Below the pieces are notes generated by a model that was given only the letters and a program-made list of their open reading frames with translations, was not told the origin of the DNA and did not search any database. A DNA stretch of 64,000 bases from positions 1 to 64,000 of the forward strand of contig ML978144.1 in assembly GCA_010015805.1 (NCBI GenBank), written 5' to 3'. Source of the DNA: Rhizodiscina lignyota. Its lineage: Eukaryota. Shown here piece after piece: positions 25,209 to 38,381 of the stretch (positions are counted from its first letter, which is position 1; every line of letters begins with the position of its first letter). The position numbers and the translations under genes were made by a program.

Positions 25209-26074
25209 CAGTCCAGCTGTTGAGTTGCCACAACTCTCTGTACTCTTTCAGAAGCCTGAGGGCAAAATGTATGAGGCCGCAGAAAGTCCACGAGAAGTCT
25301 TGGAACTCGAAGAAGAAGAGAATGATGAAGGAGAAAGAGAGGGTCGAAGTCGAGCTTGGGAAATGATACAACCATTGCTCCAGTTCAAGGATGCTCAATA
25401 AGCTCAATAACTGGAACATCACCATAGAGTTTATTGAGGTTTTAAAACACGAATAAGGAGGCTGGTGGCCCAAAGTCAAGTTGGAGCAGCATTTGGTCAT
25501 GGTGTGAGTGTTTCTGAAACCTCAGTGCCGTATTTGGGCTTCAATAAGAATTTTGCCAGCGACAATAACGAAAGGGGGATTTTCGAACAAAATTAAAGTT
25601 AAGATGCAAAGAAATTCATTTGTTGACACTGAATTTGAATTTGAACGCGGCAAAAGTTTTCTTCGATACTGGATGACCGCTTCTAAGGGGTCGAAAACGA
25701 CTGGAGTTCTTTCTATCGTATCAGTTAACCTCGCCATACTATGAACGAGTATGAAAGGTGATCTACGTTAGTTGAATATGCCGTTGGAGACTTGAATCGG
25801 TCATTCTATTGCTGCTTCAAAGCGCCTACAGGGCGAGTAGATTTGAACCTCGGAAGGTGGAAGAGTTCTGGTGCATCCCTGAATGACCGCCGAGCTTTCA
25901 GGCGCGTCACCACCGCGCTTCCCAGCTCCCCAAACGCCATTTGCCAACCACAACTTCCATTCCCGTACAACCTCGAGCATGCGCGCGACCACTCAGCTTG
26001 GTCGTTGCAGTGGGTCGCACCGCCCTCAATGGGAACGCAAAGCCGCGAAAGCCTTCGAAAGGTGAATTGCCAGC

Positions 26075-27552
26075 ATGGACAACGACCGCCTCTCGCCTCC
26101 ACTGGTGCCGAATGGAAAGTCGACAATGCCTCCGCCAGACGCGAACGCGCATGCGTCCACCACGCGCCATGACAGCCATGGAGCATCTGCGTCGGGCTTT
26201 GAGCGTCCCTCCATTGCGGGTGCTGGAGTGCGAAGACAACCTACGTTAGGCCGACGGAGGAGCTCAATCGTGAGCGACTTTTCTCAGTCGATGCACGAGT
26301 CTACCGAGAGTTTGCTACTGCCGAGGGCTGGCGGGAATGTACGCGGAAGAAGAGAAGAAAGCACACATTGGCATAGCATCCCTCTGGCATTTGCTATTTT
26401 ACCTGCCTTGGGAGGCCTGTTCTTCGAGAATGGAAGCGCTTTCATCACGGATATATTCCTGCTTGGACTGGGCGGGCTCTTCCTCAACTGGTTCGTGAGG
26501 ATGCCTTGGTGAGGATTCGGTGCAATAGTCGCATAAGCAGAGATGCAGTAGAGCTAACGTCCATATTTAGGGAATGGTATTATTCTGCGCAAGCCGTGAC
26601 CGCCATCAAACCCGAGAGCACTATCCCCGATACAATCATGGAAGAGAGCGAGGAGGATGAGGCAGTCATTGTTTCTGAGGCAGAAACAGCAGACACTTCT
26701 AAAGACAAGGAAGCGAAGCCGGACAATATGTCCAAGGAATCACAGCATGATACTGAAAAGCGCGATGCAGCTGCCGCAGAATTGCAGACCCACGAGAGTC
26801 TCGCTCTCTTAGCTTGTTTCCTCGGACCTATTATAGGCGCATACCTCTTACATGGCATTCGATCCCAACTCACTCGTCCTTCTGAAGGCCTCGTTTCCAA
26901 CTTCAACCTCACAATATTTGTTCTTGCAGCCGAGCTACGGCCATGTTCTCATTTCATCACACTCATACAAGCACGAACGTTGCATCTGCAACGCGTTGTC
27001 CAAGCAAATACAAGCGACATTGATCGGGTTCAGGACGAGAAGATTTCAGACCTTCAGACACGGCTTGAAGAGACGGAGGCGCGCATTGAAAAGACAATTT
27101 CTGCTGCCGAATCTCGGACTGTGAAAGATGGCGCTGCTGCTGAAGTACAAGCAATCCGTCTGTCTCTCCAACCGCAGTTGGATGCGTTGAACCGTGCAGT
27201 GCGCCGGTATGAGAAGCGCCATACCACGCAGACTATTCAAACAGAAGCACGCCTGCAAGACCTCGAAGCTAGGCTCCGCGATGCCCTATCGCTGGCTGCG
27301 GTTGCTGCCAACCGAAGCCAGAGACCTGGAATTGTCTACTATACTCTGCAGTGGCTCAGTTCGCTGTTCATGGTACCCTTTCAGGTACTCTGGTCATTGG
27401 CTAGATGGCCTTTTGATGCCGTAGTTAACATGCTTGCCTTAGGGAAGACTTGGATAGCTGGCGGAAGGACAACGGGGAAACCGAAGCAGAAGAGAGCCAA
27501 GGAGAAGGATGTAAGCGGGCAGAGGATTTCTTCAAGGGGACGCAAGCAATGA
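26075..27552 (+). CDS. Conserved fungal membrane/coiled-coil protein of unknown function
   Basis: HWHSIPLAFAILPALGGLFFENGS, VRMPWEWY after removing intron 26509-26570, LQPQLDALNRAVRRYEKR. Confidence 0.8.
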
Positions 27553-28548
27553 CGAGCTCTCTCGACACCCATAGAGATGCAAAAAAAAAAGGCCGATGCA
27601 TGGATAATGGCGACAAGGTAATGATACCCGGACAGCGTTGATACCTGTTGTTTAAGTACCTCCGGAATATATACAAAGAGATTCCCCAGGGCATTTTAGA
27701 TCGATTTTCGATTTTCAATTACGCGTAGTTTTGCATCTTCACTGCCTTGAGTTTGGCATAAGTCGACCCGTTCAATTGGATAATTATAGAATGCCAAGGA
27801 CTGTTTGCAAATGACACAAACAACTCCTCCGCCTTCCGCTTCCGCCGACGACACGGATCGACATCCCGCCCGTCCTCTCATCCCAACTCTCCAATCGCAG
27901 GTTTTATCTCGACCATGTCACAGATCCGGCGCTTCCAACACTTCGACGCCAGTAATACAAGTTACCAACGCTTTCTCCCAGCGTACCAATGATCTAAGCT
28001 TCACTTGGCACGCGCCTGTCCTTGCAGACGTCCGAATGAGAAGCTCCAGAGCTCGTGGCTCCACCCGTAAGGCCTGGCGAATACGAGCTGCTGCTTTGGG
28101 GAACGCTCCTCCGAAACAAGCGGCAGCTCGTCGCTTGTCACTGCAACGATCGCCATGCTACAGATGGGAGTTTGCCCACTCTGCGGTCAGAAGAGCTCAC
28201 GGCGAGCTAAATCTCGGCGCCAACTAGAGAGCTGCCTTCCCAGAGCAGCTAAAGACGTTTCAAGGATCGTCATACTTTATGCAGACATCCAATGTTTAGA
28301 TGGAAGGTGGATCGTCAGGCGCGCAGATGGGCAGGTACACTTACAGATCAAGGCAGGTAAAGCAAGCCAGTTCATATTGAACAAACATGTCACGATGTAG
28401 ATAAGAATGCGTGATGCCCGGCTCTTCAATTACATTTCATTTCGCCATTAGCAAGTAAAATAGCACCCCAGTCGCTCTATTACCATCTCATCTCAGGTCT
28501 TCATTTCGACTCAGAACCATTCATTTCTATCAGGCGGTATATTTCATC

Positions 28549-29708
28549 ATGTCGTTTACAACATTTTCTGCCCTCTCACTCCTGGCATCCCTCCCTTCAG
28601 CTCTGGCTTGGGGAACACTCGGCCACGAGACTGTCGCCCTCATCGCCCAGAACTACGTCTCAGACGACACTGCATCTTGGGCACAAGGCATCCTCGACAT
28701 CACCAACGACACATATCTTGCAACTGTCTCTACTTGGGCAGACAGCTACCGTTACACGTCCGCCGGCTCCTTCTCCGAGCCATATCATTTCATAGACGCG
28801 AATGACGACCCACCAAGCAGTTGCAATGTTGACTATGACAGGGACTGCGGTGATGGAGGATGTGTCGTTAGCGCCATTCAGAACTATGTAAGCTGAAAAA
28901 GCATGCTTGGTCTTCCAAAAGATGTAAAGCTAATGGCTTGCAGACCAAGCGAGTTCAGGAGAGCTCACTATCCAAGACTCAAGTGGATTATGCATTGCGG
29001 TTCATTATCCACTTCGTCGGTGACATCCATCAGCCTCTACATGACGAAGCTCTTGAGGTTGGTGGTAATGACATCGACGTCACCTGGGATGGCGATGACA
29101 ATAACCTTCATCACATCTGGGGTAAGTTCGCGCTTTTCTTGCATTGAATACGCACTCTACACCTCGTTCTAACAGTCTCGCAGACACAGAAATGCCAGAG
29201 AAGAAGGTCGGTGGGTACACCATGTCTGACGCGCAGTCTTGGGCAAAATCTCTCTCTTCCGAAATCGACTCCGGCAGCTACTCTTCTGACAAGGACGGCT
29301 GGCTTGATGGAATCGACCTCTCTGACCCGGTTACTACTGCGATGGGCTGGGCTACGGATTCCAACGCATACGTCTGCAGCACCGTAATGCCGGATGGTGT
29401 TAGCGCTGTCGAGAAGGGCGACCTAGACGGTGACTACTATGATAGTGCGATTCCGATCATTGAGCTCCAGATTGCGAGAGGTAAGCAATCATATCGGTGA
29501 AGAACATACCCTTGCGCTAACAAGAAATACAGCCGGATACCGTCTTGCAGCATGGTTGAACTTGATCGCAACTGGTGAGACTAGCTTGAAGGTGCGAAGC
29601 ATCAAGAGGGAGACAGGCGAGCCTGTAGCGATGATCCCGCCGGACAGGAAGAGGACATGGAAAGATGCGCAGAGAGTAAGAAGGGCATTTGGTGGCCATC
29701 GCTGCTGA
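28549..29708 (+). CDS. Secreted S1/P1 nuclease
   Basis: Signal peptide then WGTLGHETVA, TWADSYR, HFID, FIIHFVGDIHQPLH, NLHHIWD, GYRLAAWLN; introns ~28888-28943, 29123-29182 and 29481-29532. Confidence 0.95.
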
Positions 29709-30712
29709 GGACGTCGATTAGATTTGCGAGATGGATTTAACAGTTGGGTTCTTTTGTGGATAGATGGATACGAAGGACCTCTCGTCTCATGAGTCTCGCG
29801 ATGTATTTCATGAAAGATACCAAAGAAATTATGACTTTATAAATGATGATACCCTCTTGTCGTTTGCATTCATACATGTATGGTACTCCGCTGATGGTAA
29901 ATTCTGGCCCGCACAAGTTCCCTTGCACTTTTTGCGTTCTCCAAATGAGACGTCCACGAAGTAGTTCTCTTGCTAGGGCAGGAGATTTTTGCCCCGCTTT
30001 TTCCGAAGTGGACTGTGAAGGGATATCCTAACAGCTGACAAGCTGGATCAATGCGCTCTCTCCTCTTCAACCTTTCATATGATCTCTGCTTCTTAATGCT
30101 TTATTTGTGAAATCTTTGATAAATGCATATGTCTTTTGCACTGCTCTACTCCTCTGCTCTGTCAGGACGGCGCAGATTAGCAAGCGTTCGCAACCAGTGC
30201 TGCTTCGATGCCAGCTGGCCCGGCCTTGAAAGATATTTCATCGAATCTCGGAGCCCAAAATAGCACTTCGTCTCACTAGACCCGAATGAACTCGGTCGCG
30301 ATGTTCTCTCCATCAATCACAGAGTAAGAAGACGACAGTGGCGCTGGCGATAATGCCGTTGACATCGGCGTTAGAATCCCCATGTCGGTCTTAACTAGAA
30401 TTCCTGCGCGGCGTTAGGGCTGAGTGCCAATTCTGGTATTCCTTGAGCTCGCAACAGCTCATTTTACACGTCTATTCATATCTGGTAATCTTAGGCAACA
30501 GTATTTACAGTTACTTAAGTAGGTAAGATATATCAGGATGGATGTGTGGGTAGGATCAAATATTGAATCAGCCCTCTTCAATCGCATTGGACAACTGCTC
30601 CGATTTCAGATATTCCGACTTCTTTATTTTCCATACATAAAGCTACGATTTCCTTCATTTAGTCTCATCCAGCCCCGTAAATTTCCAAATTGAATCTTGC
30701 CCGATCATCGAA

Positions 30713-31876
30713 ATGTCCTCGCGTGTAGCGATCATTGGCGGAGGTCCAGCCGGCCTGACCCTTGCTCGCATTCTCCAGCAAAACAGCTCAATCGAAGTCA
30801 CAGTTTTTGAAAAGGATGAATCTTGCCATGCCCGCGGCCAAGGCGGTTCCCTCGATCTACAACCTGGTTCTGGGCAGGCTGCACTGCACGCAGCAAACCT
30901 CTACGACGAATTCATGAAACACACCACTCTGGGTGGTGAAGACTTTCGGCTTGTGGATAGGCATTTCAACATCTACCAGGACATTCGAGATACCGAGACA
31001 GGCAAGCCAGAAATCGACCGTGGCAAGTTGAGGCAGATTTTGTTGGATTCATTGGAGAAGGGGACAGTGAGGTGGGGCGCCAATGTGATAAAAGTAGAGC
31101 AAGGGAAGGTCATTCTAGACAGTGGAGAAGAGGGTGGCTTTGATTTGATTGTCGGTGCTGACGGTGCTTGGTCAAAAGTCCGGCCCATGGTAACGGATTC
31201 TAAGCCCTTCTACTCCGGTATCACTGGCATCGAATTCGTGCTTCGCAATGCCAAAATCAATCATCCCCAATCGTCCGAAGTGGTCGGTAACGGAAGCATC
31301 GCTGCATTTGGAGAAACAGATCCGAACGGGATCGCCTGCCACCGACTGAGCAATGGGGATATCACTGTTTATGCTATATGCAAGCGCCCGGAGAACTGGA
31401 TCAGGGATGAGCTAGACACGAGCAGTCCTCACGGGACTTGGCAACATGTTTTGAAGGCATACACCGATTTCGATCCTCGATTGCAGCAGCTGTTCAAAGA
31501 TGCTGACGTCAGCGAAGACACTGTTCTGCCGCGCCAGTTATGGATGCTCCCGCCTGGAGCCAGGTGGGAAACTAAGCCTGGCTTCACATTGATTGGCGAT
31601 GCGGCGCATTTGATGACTCCCTTTGCTGGCCAAGGAGTGAATATCGCGATGCAGGACAGCCTCAATCTGGCGAAAGAGATCCTTGCTTTTCGAGATGACC
31701 TGACAAAAGCCATCTCGAATTACGAGCAGAGCATGTTCGTGTACGCTGAAGAAGCTACAACACTCACGGCAATGAATCTCCAAGACTGCTTCTTACCAGG
31801 TGGTGTGGGAAAGATGTCTGCTCAGATCGACAAGAGGATGGCAGCGATGTTGGCAAAAGAAATGGCAACTTCGTGA
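30713..31876 (+). CDS. FAD-dependent monooxygenase, TetX-like group A, intronless
   Basis: GGGPAGL, QGGSLDL, PEIDRGKLRQILLDSL, GADGAWSKVRP, LIGDAAHLMTPFAGQGVN. Confidence 0.92.
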   Translation: MSSRVAIIGGGPAGLTLARILQQNSSIEVTVFEKDESCHARGQGGSLDLQPGSGQAALHAANLYDEFMKHTTLGGEDFRLVDRHFNIYQDIRDTETGKPEIDRGKLRQILLDSLEKGTVRWGANVIKVEQGKVILDSGEEGGFDLIVGADGAWSKVRPMVTDSKPFYSGITGIEFVLRNAKINHPQSSEVVGNGSIAAFGETDPNGIACHRLSNGDITVYAICKRPENWIRDELDTSSPHGTWQHVLKAYTDFDPRLQQLFKDADVSEDTVLPRQLWMLPPGARWETKPGFTLIGDAAHLMTPFAGQGVNIAMQDSLNLAKEILAFRDDLTKAISNYEQSMFVYAEEATTLTAMNLQDCFLPGGVGKMSAQIDKRMAAMLAKEMATS

Positions 31877-32629
31877 AGTGGTATCAATGCTAGTTGAAAT
31901 CGTTGCCTCTTCGGAATTGCACTTTTCTGCCTTGATCTAGCGAGCGTCGCGAAGAAGCTTAGATTTAATCATTGCTTTGCCAATTAATACTATATAGATG
32001 TATAGAACTCACCACTCACGCATATCATGTATTTTCATATTGAGCCTTTTTTCCTGCAAAGAATACTGGTGATAATTGACACAGGAAAAGTCTGCCTGTG
32101 AAACTCGGTTTGGGAAACATATTTGTGGTTCTGAATGTCAGAGAAGAAAATGAAGTGGAAATCTTTGCAATTGGATGATGTGTCAGTGATGCTCTCCTCT
32201 GTTAATCACTTTATATTTCAATACAGTTAACGTCCGTAGGCCCTGTATTTATTCTGCCCAAACTGCAAGTAGACCAATTCAATCAGCTTCACTCTGTACA
32301 CACTTGTAAACGCCCGGCCTGTTCTATACTTTCTTGGTTAAGCTGCTGCGGATATATCGGAGATACAATAAATTGTTTACCACCATGTTTATAGTCCAAA
32401 TCTCGCTCGGATCTATCGGAGATATGCTCCATCCCATAGTTTGCAATCTGGGTATTGAAGTAGGTCAACAGCTTTATCTGATGGAGCTTTGGTTCTTGTT
32501 TTCATCCTGTGATATCCGCATCCTTGGTAAAGGCGGCTAGTAACTGGACTTGAATTCACCTTCTCGGCCTCACCTTCTCATCTGTATGAGTGTGTGTCTC
32601 ACATCAACGGTACTGCGAAAACGAACAAT

Positions 32630-33981
32630 ATGGGCGGGCTTCGAGTTATCATAGTTGGTTCAGGTCTCGCCGGTTTGACTGCTGCACGCATTCTGCGCGA
32701 GAATCATCACGTTACTGTGTATGAACGTGGAGGTGCAACGATTGCGACTGGCGGACAAGGTATCATCATCGCTCCGAATGGGGCGAAGATTCTCGAGTCG
32801 ATAGGATATGATCGTGAACGCGCTGGTGCGGTCCCAATATACGGTATACGGATTTACGACGCGAACGGCAACGTAAAAGAAGACTTCGCAATGGATTTGA
32901 AACCTCGATTCGGAGCAGACTGTTTAGCTCAGAAGCGGTCCGACTTCAGGGACGAGCTTATGCGACTAGCCACAGCTCCATCAGCCACCCTTGGTATCCA
33001 AAGCGAACCGGCAAAGATGGTTTTCAACGCTGCGGTGACAGGCTTGGATCCCGAGGAAGGCGTTGTCACGCTGAGCGATGGTTCTACAGCAACTGCGGAC
33101 GTTGTGGTTGGTCAGTATGAACAACTCAAATGGGTCCATATCCAATCGAAAAGGGTCTGACGTAGACACAGTTGCTGATGGCGTGCATTCACGCCTCCGC
33201 AATGTCGTTGTTGGCAGTGATGACTACGCAGCAAGAAAGACAGGACTTACGTGTTATCGTATTGCTGTTTCTGTTGAAGATGCTGAAAAGGCACTCGGCG
33301 ACTTGCCTCTGCCTCACTGGTGGGAGCCCAGCACCTGCCAGAACCGTTCGTCGTTACTATACGGCCCTGATGGCAGTGCCCGCATGGTGACTGCGTATCC
33401 TCTTCGTAATCAAACATACTTCAACCTCTCTTGTATCTTGCGAACACAAGAGTCAACCAAAAGTACGACCGAGTCATGGAATGTAGACGGTGATCGTTCC
33501 AAGATGATGGAGGAATTTGGTGATTTTGGTGAACAACTTCGCAGGATTCTCAGGTGAGGCAGCTTACTCCTGGCCCAAGGTACATAAAACTAATGCCAAT
33601 AGTGCTGCAACGGAAGTGAAGGTGTGGGAACTGCAGGACCTGGAAGCTCTCCCAACGTGGACAAGGGGTCGTGCAATGCTTATCGGAGATGCTGCCCATG
33701 CCATGACGCCAATGCAAGGTCAGGGAGCAAATATGAGCATTGAGGATGCTGAGAGTCTTCGACTGCTGGGTCCAGGAACACGCCGTGAAGAAGTCCAGAA
33801 GATCCTTGAGCTGGCGGAGAGTGTCCGAAGACCACGAACTGCTCAAGTCTTAGCAGAAACACGCAAGTCCCACTCTACTGTCGGAGTAGCAGAAAGAGCG
33901 ACTAGAAACTTGGAGTTTAACTGTGGATACAACGGTATCCATGAGGCTCTCAAGGCTCACCAGGGGGGGCTAGATGTATGA
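32630..33981 (+). CDS. FAD-dependent monooxygenase (salicylate hydroxylase-like)
   Basis: GSGLAGL, ADGVHSRLR, LIGDAAHAMTPMQGQGANMSIEDA; introns ~33111-33171 and 33554-33602. Confidence 0.9.
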
Positions 33982-35474
33982 CTGTGAAATGGTGCAGAAC
34001 TTTGTTGAGGCAATTGTAATAGTAGATTTGAGAAATTTTTCATAGGTGAGAAGGGAGAATCTCTACTCTAACATTAGCGCTAGCATCATATCATGCAAAT
34101 GAATGGATATGAGATGTCGTATATGATCTCAAGTAGCCGAAGGAGAAGAGAATCAAAGCAAGAAAGTTTACAAGATGGATGGTGTAGAAGTCTCCACGTG
34201 CGCCGCGCCGAGGTTGGGGTTAGGGTTGCATGTGGGGCTTATCTGTGTGGTATTGCGTCTCAACCACCTTTGAACTTCATGGAATCATAAGGGTAACGAT
34301 TTCGCACAAATTACGATATCAACAAGTCTGTCCACAGCGAGATATTGAATGTTTGCACTTGTGCCGCTCTATGTTTGGCAAGCTCCTTCTTCTCGCCATC
34401 TGTGGCCGTTTCTCTCAAAGCCACGTAGCTGCTGAGCCGCGTAAGGAACTTTAAACAGCTGTACCTGGTCGACAGAAGGCTCAATCGTACGACAATCCGC
34501 TTCTCCATCTTTTTGACGTCTCGTTCCTTGGCGTATCTTGCATCGGTGATCTCTCTTTCCTGCGTTCAGCAACTTCTGATCTTTCCGAGTGAACGGCAAC
34601 ATCGAGATGTGGCTATGCGTACTTACATCATTGCCATCATACGCCTCTATTGAGTAATATCGCCCCGGTTTTTCTTGACTGAAACGAAACGTCAAAACAA
34701 TTTCCAGCTTGCGTGGTGGATTTTGGATTTTTGTGGAATGCTCCGCGTCATTGTTTCTCTACCAAGCATCCCCGCAAGGACCCGCTGTTTTCCAGCTTTC
34801 ATTTCCCGCGGTTCTCCTGTTGATCATATCCTCGAACACACAGCACACGTGGAGTTCTGCAGTATTTACCAATTACGCGTCTCTGGCAGCACCGAGGTGG
34901 CAGCAATTAATACCATTTGTCTCCAATTTTATTCAGCCGGCTGGGTCACCAACAGCTTCTGTCTTTTCACTTACCTCCCTTTCTAACCACCATCTCCACC
35001 ATCTACGTAACCACGAACTACTGGCAATAGACTATGAGCAGTTCCAGTTTTCTGACATATGCTGCTTTATGACTAACAGCTCCGCATTTCCGTGTACTCT
35101 AGTGGCACAGCCTGACATTCCCACTCATGCTAATACGATTTGTAGACTACCTTCCATCTCACGGATGTCTTCGCCTGTTCATGTGAAGGATCCATGCTTC
35201 AGTGTAGCAGAGCCACGATGACGAATATGGCGGCAACATACGGTCCGGACATATCTCCTTCTCACCATGCCACGAGCTAAATTTGGTAGTTAATCCTTCT
35301 CTACATCATTATCACCTTGGATCTCCATATTTTTCCAGCACTAAGGAGAAGTATGGCTGTTAAGGGTATAAGAAGGTAGAGTCCAGCTGTGGCACGGTAA
35401 CTCTCCCACCAGCCTTTTTGTTCTACCAGAAATCTCCCTCGCTCAATTTCTTTCATTCCGTCATTTCATACAAG

Positions 35475-36806
35475 ATGAAGTACACTGTCACTTCCTTGGC
35501 CTTTGGTCTGAGTGCATCTGCTGCCATTATGAAGCGGGAAGAGTGTTGCTTTCAGCTTCAAGCCAGTGGTGGAAAGACTGGCACCGTTGGCCAAATCTCA
35601 GATGGGCAGAATCGCGTTGGAGGCGGTCTATCGCCAGCAACTTATTGTATCAACAATGGTGCCATAACAGACTCAGCTGGTCGCGGCTGCGTTGTGACAG
35701 GTCCGACCAATCAGTTCCAGTGCGATTCTGGGGCAACTGGTGAGTGGAACAAAATCAACGTGAAAGCATTCTTTATCTGATAGATACAACTAGCTCAAAC
35801 CGGCTTCTCCATCAGCAGCAATGGGCAGCTATCTTACGAAGACAATGGCAACTTCTACGCCTGCAACACTGGCGAAAATAGCGAGTACAATGTCTACCCC
35901 GCAATCGGCAAGTCACCGGATAGCGAGGCCTGTGTAGAAGTCACATTAAGCACAAACGGCAAATGTGGATCTGGTCAGAGTCAATCTAGCATTGGCCAAG
36001 GGTCGTCTTCGGCAGCAACGTCAACAACACCAAAAGTATCACCATCGACGGAAACTCCCACTCCGTCAACCACACCAGCGGCTCCAAGTGGATCTTCGCA
36101 AAGCCCACAGCAGCCTTCGGAGACATATTCTACCCCGGAAACATATTCCACACCCCAACAGCCTTCCCAGACTTACTCGTCACCGCAAGAATCGAGCACT
36201 CCTCAACAGCCGGGGCAAACTGGAACTTGCGAAGTGTCCGAGAAGATTATCACCACGACCGTGACCCAGTCAGCTCAGGAGGGCGGAACCCAACAGTGCC
36301 AGTCCTCCACTGTGACGATCACGCAGCAACAGCAGACTCAAAAGCCGGAAACGGTTACCGTTACAGTCACGAGCCAGCAGCAAACGCAGCAGCCGGAGAC
36401 GATTACGATCACGCAGTCTGGCCAGCAATGTGAGGCGTCTACGGTTACAATCACTCAATCTGGAGAGAATTGCAAGGCTTCCACCATTCCCACACCGACT
36501 GAAAGTGGGGACAACAAACCATCCTCGATCATTGTGACACAATCTGAAGATTGTAGCACCTCATCATCTGCAGCTCAGACTTATCCGTCGAACAGCCTTG
36601 GCTCGAAGACATCTGGATATGCCTCGGAGACCTGGGGTTATGGCCAAGGCCAAGAGACGAAGAGTGCCGGAAAGTATTCAGGGCAGTCAGGAGTACCCGA
36701 AAGCAATTCGAAGCTGCCTTACGGGTATGGCTCGGAGACTGGGAAAGACTCAGAGAAGTCAACCGTACAGCCAAAGTCGACCGGTGGGTACAGCGCCGGA
36801 TGGTAG
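35475..36806 (+). CDS. Secreted Ser/Thr/Gln-rich cell-wall protein with PIR-like motif
   Basis: Signal peptide, KR Kex2-like site, CCFQL..VGQISDGQNR, GRGCV..QFQCD, FYAC; intron 35740-35793; TVTITQ repeats. Confidence 0.8.
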
Positions 36807-37658
36807 GAGTCAGAAGGCTCCTAGTGTCTGTGAATCAAAAACATTGCGCAAAAATATGCGATCATGGAAAAACAAGCTCGTGTATCATAGTGGATACCGA
36901 GGCCCGAGGACGTGAGAATCCGAGTTGCATTCAAGACTACGGATTGTGCTGAGCAGGACACATGCGGGAGACTAAATTCGCACAAAGCGATATCAAAGGA
37001 ATTTACAAGTCTATCTTACCATCCTGTATTTAATTTAAAAGAATAGTATTATGACTTAATGTAACGAGCTTCTGTCGTAAGAAATGCAGATGCTAAAGAT
37101 TGCCATTGCGTGTCCACAACCTACGGGACTTCATCTGCAAAGCGCAGTACCAACCCAACCAAACCCGCCCATGATACACTGTTCAATACTACTTTTGGTC
37201 ACATATGGAAATTCGGAAATACTTCACTTCCACCACTTATTCCGCTTAGTCAAGGTAGATTTCCAGTAGATAATCGCGGTGTGGGAACACCGAGACATTT
37301 CCGAGCGGCAAATATCAAACCAGGCCTCCCGATATCATTGACCCTGGACGCTGCCTTCAGCTGTGTGGTGACAATTATGCAATCCAATGGTAAGACATGA
37401 TACTTTACATCAGAATGTCTTTACAGGGGCCGAAAGGCGTACTCATTACTCTCACGCCTCGGTTTTGAGCAAAGTGCATTTTGATATACATGTTTCGTTA
37501 CTCATCTATTATGAAGCATTCGAATCAAGGCAACTAGCGCACTCTTTTACGATTTCAACTATATATGAATTTTCCCTATGGTGTTGAGGTATAAATAATG
37601 TATTGCCAAAGAGCACTCTTGCTCACCAGAGCACCGAGTAGCAGTAGCGTTCAACACA

Positions 37659-38381
37659 ATGTAAGCACCGTGCCAGCATTTCCGCAATCAAAATGTCTGG
37701 AAACTAAGTAGAAACAGGGCCAACGATCTGCTGAACTCTGTTGTCCAAGCTCATGGCGGCCTTGAGCGTTGGGACCAGATCAAATCCATCGATGTGACAT
37801 TCAACTTCTCCGGATGGCTGCTGAAAGTCAAAGGATACCCCGAGCACTACCAGCCAACCATCACAGCGGAACGTCCCAACCCTCGCGATTCGTTCGCAGG
37901 ACACCTTCGCACCACTCTATGGGATGATCTGCAACTAACCTACTTCGTTGGCTACGCGGTGCATACGTACCTTACCGGCCCATTCTGCTTCACGTATCCG
38001 GGGTTCAGCACGCGTGAGCTGGAGCCGCACAACGAGCGCGGGCAGGCGTGGCGAGTGCTGGAGGTCACATTTCCCGACTTCAACGTCTTCGCGTCGCACA
38101 CGAAGGTCCAGAAGTATTACTTCCACCCGGAGACGTTCATGATGATGCGTATGGACTACGTCACCGATGTTGCGGCGGGTGTGGTGGCGCAGTATTGCTT
38201 CGACTATAAGAAGATTGGAGGATTGGTGTTCCCTTGCACCAGAAGGGTGACCCGGAGGATCAAAGAGACGGATGAGGCAGTGTTGGAGGGGCCAAGCAGC
38301 TTTATGCTGGACTACGTCGAAATCACTCTGAATGAAGAGAATGGATCGATTATTAAGGGAAGTGGCGACTGGTTCTTGTAG
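37659..38381 (+). CDS. Uncharacterised protein of a bacterial-like family (AHGGLERW...PRDSFAGH...W..LQL.YF)
   Basis: Exon 37718-38381 reads ANDLLNSVVQAHGGLERWDQ...; start codon split AT|G by intron 37661-37717; TATAAATA at ~37590. Confidence 0.75.

Noticed and set aside
25591..25603. WOPR-like binding motif (ATTAAAGTT) upstream of STE3; similar 8-mers at ~34447 and ~48504
   Set aside because: Short AT-rich motifs are expected several times by chance in 64 kb, with no clustering upstream of the WOPR gene
37084..37400. Possible decayed C-terminal domain of the cell-wall protein
   Set aside because: Resemblance too weak to support by eye
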